NCBI RefSeq assembly: GCF_014280175.1
Contig: NZ_CP047931.1
Span: 750,001-782,000, forward strand
Direction: 5' to 3'
From: Synechococcus sp. A15-28
GTDB lineage: Bacteria; Cyanobacteriota; Cyanobacteriia; PCC-6307; Cyanobiaceae
Length of the DNA: 32,000 bases
Positions 26,842-32,000 of the stretch are shown in pieces. The notes below the pieces were generated by a model. The model worked only from the letters and a program-made list of their open reading frames with translations, was not told the DNA's origin and made no database searches. A program made the translations under genes and the position numbers. Every line of letters starts with the position of its first letter. Within the stretch, counting starts at the first letter, position 1.

Positions 26842-26861
26842 CGGTGTCACTGAAAACACCG
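26842..26861 (-). terminator. Hairpin 9-28 nt downstream of the cbiX stop (no U-tract)
   Basis: The minus strand reads CGGTGT(T)-loop-(G)ACACCG, a 6-7 bp stem. GCTACCGG follows it, so it is not a canonical intrinsic terminator. Confidence 0.25.
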
Positions 26862-26869
26862 CTGATCTC

Positions 26870-27925
26870 TTAAGGCTTCTGTGGAGAATCTTTTGATCCC
26901 AGGGTCCTGGGGCCCATGGGGTGGTCGGCATGGGGGTAAGGGGGGTGATGGTCGCCACCGTGATGGTGGTGATGATGGGGGATGGGAACACCATCCGGCT
27001 GGCAGGCCCCTGTGCATTCCCGTTCACACAGCGTGCAGCTTTCGGCCAGCCCTTCCACGTGGTGGTGGTGGCTCTCCTGGACTCGGCCGACATCCTGCTC
27101 AAAGCCCAGCACCTGAGCCCGGTACTTGCACAGGGAGCAGTTCATGGCGGTATCGCCTCGGAGAACCTCCTCCACCCGCTCTTTGAACGTGTCCACCACC
27201 AGTGGGTGTTGCCCGAGGTAGCCGGCGGAGAGAAAGTCCACCTCGGGGTGGTCCGCTGCCACCCGATCGGTGTGCTGGCGGATGCGGCTCACCAGAACCC
27301 CTGAAAACAGAAAATAGGGGACCACCACGATGCAGCGGAATCCCAGCTTCACCAGCTGTCGCAGGCCTGGTTCCACCAGGGGAAACGTCACGCCCGAGTA
27401 CACCGTCTCACCCCAGCCGAAGCCGAAGCCTTCCACCAGCATTCGGGTGACTTTGGCCACATTGGAATTGGCGTCTGGATCCGAGGAGCCGCGTCCCACC
27501 ACCACCAGCAGTGTTTCCGACAGCGGCACTGTCGAGGGGGCGCTCTCCAGGCATTCGCGCACCCGTGCTCCGGCCGCAGCAACCATCAGACGGTCCACCC
27601 CCAGTTCGCGGCCGTAATCAATCGGCAGCCCCGTTTCGGCGGTGTACGTGTTGAGGACAGACGGGATGTCGTTCTTGGCGTGCCCTGCCGCGAACAACAT
27701 CGCTGGAATGGCGAGGACACGGGTCACTCCCTGCTGGCGCAGGGACTCCAGGCCATCCCGCAGGATCGGGCGGGCGAACTCCAGGTAGCCATGCTCCACC
27801 GGCATCGGTGCCAGCTTTGGTCGCAGGGCATCCACCATCTGCGCGAATTCTTCAACCGCCAGCCGGTTGCGACTGCCATGGCCGCAGATCAGGACGCCGA
27901 GTCGGTCGTTCGGGGATTCGGCCAA
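26870..27925 (-). CDS. cbiX: Sirohydrochlorin cobaltochelatase, long form (CbiX-L) with Cys- and His-rich C-terminal tail
   Basis: It has duplicated CbiX halves: VLICGHGSRN...AIPAMLFAAGHAKNDIP and VVVGRGSSDPDANS...VVPYFLFSGV. The tail carries MNCSLCKYR, CTLCERECTGAC, HHHH and HHHHHH. The only in-frame start is TTG at 27925. Confidence 0.88.
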   Translation of the reverse strand: MAESPNDRLGVLICGHGSRNRLAVEEFAQMVDALRPKLAPMPVEHGYLEFARPILRDGLESLRQQGVTRVLAIPAMLFAAGHAKNDIPSVLNTYTAETGLPIDYGRELGVDRLMVAAAGARVRECLESAPSTVPLSETLLVVVGRGSSDPDANSNVAKVTRMLVEGFGFGWGETVYSGVTFPLVEPGLRQLVKLGFRCIVVVPYFLFSGVLVSRIRQHTDRVAADHPEVDFLSAGYLGQHPLVVDTFKERVEEVLRGDTAMNCSLCKYRAQVLGFEQDVGRVQESHHHHVEGLAESCTLCERECTGACQPDGVPIPHHHHHHGGDHHPPYPHADHPMGPRTLGSKDSPQKP

Positions 27926-27974
27926 GGGGGCGTGCCACTGTTCGGTGTGAACTGACCCTATCGGTTGCAGCGGA

Positions 27975-29180
27975 ATGGATCAGCTCCCTCGTCCCCTGTT
28001 CAACCCCCAGGCGGCAGATGCCGGGGCACGGGGCCTGTTGCAGCCAACCCCAGAGGATCTGCCGGGCCTTGTGGGGGGGTGGAGCGGTCCAAGGCCGTTG
28101 CGGGTCTGCAGTGGGGGCACCAGCTCCAGGGCTGCAGCGGCCGGTCAATGGACCGTGGATCTGCGCCGCACGATGGGCCGGATCAGCTTCAACCCTGCGG
28201 ATCAGACGGTGCGCATCGGAGGCGGTTGCCGGATGGGGGAGGTGTTGGACCATCTCCATCCCCTGGGGCGCAGCGTGGCAGGGGGGCTGTCGGGCTGGCC
28301 GGGACTTGGCTATGTGCTGACCGGAGGCATGGGGCCGTTCAGCCGTGAGCTGGGCCTGGCGGTGGATCAGCTTCAGGCCATTGCAGGGGTCTGGGGCAGC
28401 GGTGAACCCTTCCTGCTGCGGCGTGATCACGATCACGCCACGGCGGAGTGGCGAGGCCTCTGCGGAGCCGCACCCTTCCTTGCGGTGGTGAGCCAGGTGG
28501 TGCTCAGCACCCAGCCCCTTCGCCCCTTCTGGATCAAGGTGTCGACGGGATCGCCCGATCAGCTGCCGGATTGGCTTGTCGCTGCGGAGGGTTCCCACCC
28601 CAGCACCAGCCTTCAGTGGAGCTGGGGCGGTGATGGCAATCTCAGGCGGCTGCAGGTGTCTGCCGTCGAACAGTCCGGATGGCAGCGGATTGATGGCCTG
28701 CATCAACTGCCCCCACTGACGCCGCCGCCCTTAGCGGAATCCCGCCTGCATGGCGAGGTGGTGGGTCTGCTCGGACCGGCCAACGGCGAGGGCTGGCGCC
28801 GCCTGCTGCCGGAGCTGCAGGATCTGATGGGGCGATGCCCCCATGCCGGCTGCAGCCTCTCCAGCCAGCAGCTCGGGGATGCCACCGCTGCAGTGCCGAT
28901 CGAGGCCACGTCGTTCGTGCATCGCGATGCGGCCTGGAAACCCTGGATCACAGCGGTCTGGCCAGCCGGTGACCTGGAGGTGCGCCGCCGCAGCCTGCAG
29001 TGGTTGAACGAGGTGTGGTCCGTGCTGGAGCCGATCTGCCCTGGCGTGCATCTGGCGCAGTTGCACGACCATCTCACCTTCCATCAGCGGGAGTTGGACC
29101 TGGCCTTCGGGTCCTGGTTGCAGGGACTGCGTCAACTCAAGGCACGACGGGATCCTGACGGCACCTTGCCAGGGCTCTGA
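27975..29180 (+). CDS. FAD-linked oxidase (FAD_binding_4 / berberine-bridge-enzyme-like), divergent member
   Basis: 401 aa with an ATG start. It resembles an FAD-binding PCMH fold: RVCSGGTSS...VRIGGGCRMGEVLDHL...GGLSGWPGLGYVLTGGMGPFSRELGLAVDQL. The C-terminal end (LKARRDPDGTLPGL) is BBE-like. The usual GGGHS histidine is replaced (SGGTS). The antisense ORF 27852..28706 has no recognisable motifs. Confidence 0.72.
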   Translation: MDQLPRPLFNPQAADAGARGLLQPTPEDLPGLVGGWSGPRPLRVCSGGTSSRAAAAGQWTVDLRRTMGRISFNPADQTVRIGGGCRMGEVLDHLHPLGRSVAGGLSGWPGLGYVLTGGMGPFSRELGLAVDQLQAIAGVWGSGEPFLLRRDHDHATAEWRGLCGAAPFLAVVSQVVLSTQPLRPFWIKVSTGSPDQLPDWLVAAEGSHPSTSLQWSWGGDGNLRRLQVSAVEQSGWQRIDGLHQLPPLTPPPLAESRLHGEVVGLLGPANGEGWRRLLPELQDLMGRCPHAGCSLSSQQLGDATAAVPIEATSFVHRDAAWKPWITAVWPAGDLEVRRRSLQWLNEVWSVLEPICPGVHLAQLHDHLTFHQRELDLAFGSWLQGLRQLKARRDPDGTLPGL

Positions 29181-29212
29181 TTTACGGTCCCCTCTGGATT
29201 CGGCATCCGGTG

Positions 29213-30772
29213 ATGGCCCAGCGTTCCAGTCCAGCTCTGGTGAATCAGTGGTTCGCCAACCCCAGCAAGGATCTGCTGTCGGGCCTTGTGGTGGCCTTCG
29301 CAATGATTCCTGAGGCGATCGCTTTCTCAGGCATTGCCGGAGTTGACCCGAAAGTCGGTCTGTTCGGCGCCTTCTGTCTGTCGCTCACCATCGCCGTGGT
29401 GGGCGGCCGCACGGGGATGATCACCTCCGCCACCGGTTCGACAGCCCTGTTGATGACGGGCCTGGTCGCCACCGGGGAAGCCCGCGGCCCCGGGCTCGGG
29501 GTTCAGTACCTGATGGTGGCTGGTCTGGTGACGGGTCTGCTGCAGATCCTCTGGGGATACCTGCGGCTGGCGTACCAGATGCGGTTTGTGCCCCAGGGGG
29601 TTCTCAGCGGTTTCGTCAATGCCCTGGCGCTTTTGATCTTCCAGGCGCAGCTGCCGCAGCTGGGCCTGGATCTGCATGCCGGCGGCGATGGTCACGCCGG
29701 TGGTCTACTGCCGCACGGTGCACAGATTCCGATCGTCTGGGGACTGGTCCTGCTGGGTCTGGGGATCATCTACGGCCTGCCGAAGCTCACTCGGCTGGTG
29801 CCGTCTCAGTTGGTGGCCATCGTCGTGCTCACAGCCATCAGCATCGGCTTCAGCCTGGACATTCCCAGCGTCAGCAGTCTGGGAACCCTCCCTGATGGCC
29901 TGCCCAGCTTCACGGTTCCCTTCGGAGCCGGTGGTGTCCCGTTCAATCTCGACACCCTGGGCCTGGTGCTGCCGACAGCTCTCGCCATTTCTCTGGTGGG
30001 TCTGATGGAAACCTTCCTCACCCAGGACATCCTCGACGACAAGACCGATTCCACGTCCAACAAAAACGTGGAGGCCCGTGGACAAGGCATCGCCAATATC
30101 GTGGCGTCGCTGTTCGGGGGCATGGCGGGTTGTGCCCTGGTGGGTCAGTCGGTGATGAACATCGATAACGGCGGTCGCACCCGGCTTTCCACCCTGTTCT
30201 CCGGTATCAGCCTTCTGGCGATGATCCTGCTCGCCGGACCATGGCTGAAGCAGATCCCGATGGCAGCCCTTGTGGCGGTGATGATCAGCATCGCTGTCAG
30301 CACTGCCGACATCAACGGGTTGCGCAATCTGCGTCGCATTCCCAAGAGCGACACCTCGGTGATGCTGATGACCTTCGCCGTCACCATGCTCACCACGCCT
30401 CACAACCTGGCGCTGGGGGTATTGGCCGGTGTGGCCCTCGCCGGAATCCTGTTCAGCCGCAAGGTGGCCAAGGTCATTCAGGTGGAAGCGATCGATGTGA
30501 GCGATCAGGAGCGCCGCTATCGGGTGACCGGTCAGTTGTTCTTCGTGAGCAAGATCTACTTCCTGCAGGGATTCGATCTTCACGATCATCCCGAGCAAAT
30601 TGTCATCGATCTCTCCGCGGCCCACATCTGGGATCAGAGTGGTGTGGCGGCGCTCGATCAGGTGATCCGCAAATTCAGGCTGGGGGGATCCGAGGTCTCC
30701 GTTGAGGGACTGAACGACGAAAGCCTGGATCTGTTTGAACGGATCGGAGGACAGGAGTCCGCCCACGCCTGA
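29213..30772 (+). CDS. SulP-family anion transporter with C-terminal STAS domain
   Basis: ~519 aa. The N-terminal SulP pattern is [34 protein letters not shown], followed by a polytopic core and a C-terminal STAS-like [11 protein letters not shown]...[23 protein letters not shown] is at 29213, with GTG at 29210 just upstream. Confidence 0.9.
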   Translation: MAQRSSPALVNQWFANPSKDLLSGLVVAFAMIPEAIAFSGIAGVDPKVGLFGAFCLSLTIAVVGGRTGMITSATGSTALLMTGLVATGEARGPGLGVQYLMVAGLVTGLLQILWGYLRLAYQMRFVPQGVLSGFVNALALLIFQAQLPQLGLDLHAGGDGHAGGLLPHGAQIPIVWGLVLLGLGIIYGLPKLTRLVPSQLVAIVVLTAISIGFSLDIPSVSSLGTLPDGLPSFTVPFGAGGVPFNLDTLGLVLPTALAISLVGLMETFLTQDILDDKTDSTSNKNVEARGQGIANIVASLFGGMAGCALVGQSVMNIDNGGRTRLSTLFSGISLLAMILLAGPWLKQIPMAALVAVMISIAVSTADINGLRNLRRIPKSDTSVMLMTFAVTMLTTPHNLALGVLAGVALAGILFSRKVAKVIQVEAIDVSDQERRYRVTGQLFFVSKIYFLQGFDLHDHPEQIVIDLSAAHIWDQSGVAALDQVIRKFRLGGSEVSVEGLNDESLDLFERIGGQESAHA

Positions 30773-30786
30773 AGCATGGGTGAGGT

Positions 30787-31110
30787 TCAGTTCAGGGCCT
30801 GGGCGTCGTAGAGCACGGCCAGGCAGAGGCTCAGGTCATCCTGCATGGCACTCAAGCGACCTTCAATTTCGATGTCTTCAGGGTTCAGCTGGGAGTAACG
30901 CGAGGTGACGTCGTTCCCGATGCTCATCAACATGCAAAGGGTCTGCAAATCGCCGGATTCGCTGGCCCGGTGCTGAGCTCCATCCAGCAGAACCCTCAAT
31001 AGCGCCATCTTGTTGTTGTAGGCCTCACGATCAGCAGCGTCCCAGGCCAGAACAGGCGTGGTCACCACCAGGCCGAGAAGCATCAGCATCAAACCAGGCA
31101 ACGCTCGCAT
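30787..31110 (-). CDS. Small secreted hypothetical protein
   Basis: The ATG at 31110 gives MRALPGLMLMLLGLVVTTPVLAW, which is signal-peptide-like, then a ~85-aa helical domain with two Cys. I recognise no family. It is convergent with SulP across a 14-nt gap. Confidence 0.55.
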   Translation of the reverse strand: MRALPGLMLMLLGLVVTTPVLAWDAADREAYNNKMALLRVLLDGAQHRASESGDLQTLCMLMSIGNDVTSRYSQLNPEDIEIEGRLSAMQDDLSLCLAVLYDAQALN

Positions 31111-31194
31111 CACCAGGCCTAAACGCCCCTGGAAATTAGAGGCCTTCTCGTGATGTGGCCATGAATCTGGGACAATCCCACCCTATCCGTACCA

Positions 31195-32000
31195 ATGCTG
31201 ATGATCCGATCCAGCCGTCAACTTCTGATCGGAGCCATCGCGGTGGTGACCGGTCTGTTGGGGGGGTGCGCATCCCTGGAGGAGGCCGGCAGCTCACGGT
31301 TGGATCTGGTGAAGCAAAGGGATGAGCTTCTCTGTGGTGTGAGCGGCAAGATTCCAGGCTTCAGCTTTCTCAGTGCAGAGGGCACCTACACCGGGCTCGA
31401 TGTCGACATCTGTCGGGCCATGGCCGCCGCCTTCCTTGGCGATGCGGACAAGGTGCAGTACCGACCGCTGACGGCGCCGGAGCGGTTCACGGCTCTGCGC
31501 TCCGGGGAAATTGATCTGCTGTCCCGTAACACCACCCACACCCTCAGCCGTGATGCGCAGGGTGGGAACGGTCTTGGCTTCGCTCCCGTGGTGTTTCATG
31601 ACGGCCAGGGATTGATCGTGCCGGCCGACAGCGGCGTGACGACCCTGTCTGATCTGAGCGGCAAGGCCATCTGCGTTGGTTCAGGCACCACCACTGAGCA
31701 GAACCTCAACGACGCCTTCGAGTCCAATGGTATCCCTTACACCCCGATCAAATACCAGGACCTCAATCAAGTGGTGGGTGGCTACCTGCAGGGGCGCTGT
31801 CAGGCCATGACCTCGGATCGCTCGCAGCTGGCCGCAGCCCGTTCCGGCTTCAACGCGCCTGAAGCTCACGTGATTCTTGAAGACCGTCTCAGCAAAGAGC
31901 CTCTGGCACCGGCGGTGGTCGGCGGGGATCAGCGGCTTGTTGATGCCATGACCTGGGTTGTGTACGCCCTGATCGAAGCGGAGGAGCGCGGCATCACCCA
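31195..32000 (+). CDS. Amino-acid ABC transporter substrate-binding lipoprotein (AapJ/BztA-like general amino acid type), partial, runs off the window
   Basis: This ORF is absent from the track because it is open-ended. My translation from the ATG at 31195 is MLMIRSSRQLLIGAIAVVTGLLGGCASLEE...LLCGVSGKIPGFSFLSAEGTYTGLDVDICRAMAAAFLGDADKVQYRPL...LLSRNTTHT...ICVGSGTTTEQNL. It has a lipobox (LLGGC) and no stop through position 32000. Confidence 0.85.
   Translation, partial: MLMIRSSRQLLIGAIAVVTGLLGGCASLEEAGSSRLDLVKQRDELLCGVSGKIPGFSFLSAEGTYTGLDVDICRAMAAAFLGDADKVQYRPLTAPERFTALRSGEIDLLSRNTTHTLSRDAQGGNGLGFAPVVFHDGQGLIVPADSGVTTLSDLSGKAICVGSGTTTEQNLNDAFESNGIPYTPIKYQDLNQVVGGYLQGRCQAMTSDRSQLAAARSGFNAPEAHVILEDRLSKEPLAPAVVGGDQRLVDAMTWVVYALIEAEERGIT

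Noticed and set aside
26921-26990. G-run tract (G5, G6, G5, G3) on the plus strand as a G-quadruplex.
   Set aside because: One loop would be ~30 nt long. The runs are simply the complement of the His/Pro codons of the CbiX tail, so coding explains the composition.

Overview
This window reads as a gene-dense core-chromosome segment of a high-GC marine picocyanobacterium, probably Synechococcus-like. That assignment is inferred from gene content: chlH, an HLIP gene, a Ycf36-like gene and several cyanobacteria-restricted hypothetical families.

I support 35 protein-coding genes. Two are open-ended at the window edges and are missing from the ORF track. I also support one initiator tRNA-Met and a few terminator, hairpin or operator-like elements.

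Housekeeping genes dominate: dapB, chlH, folP, tpiA, carB, apt, rsfS and cbiX. There is also an MsbA-like ABC exporter, an AGCS symporter, a SulP transporter and an amino-acid ABC binding protein.

I see no transposase, integrase, CRISPR array, phage genes or recognisable defence system. No finding here is spectacular. The items most worth a second look are:
- a 388-bp orphan non-coding spacer with clustered palindromes (26482-26869)
- a tightly coupled four-gene operon of unknown function (1794-3581)
- a GlcNAc-transferase-like gene spliced by stop/start overlap onto a tpiA-folP operon in which all three starts are GTG
- an OmpR-type two-component operon placed divergently to a secreted three-EF-hand protein

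All family names come from motif recognition and memory, not from database searches. Several ORF-track N-termini were trimmed to internal starts, and each case is noted.
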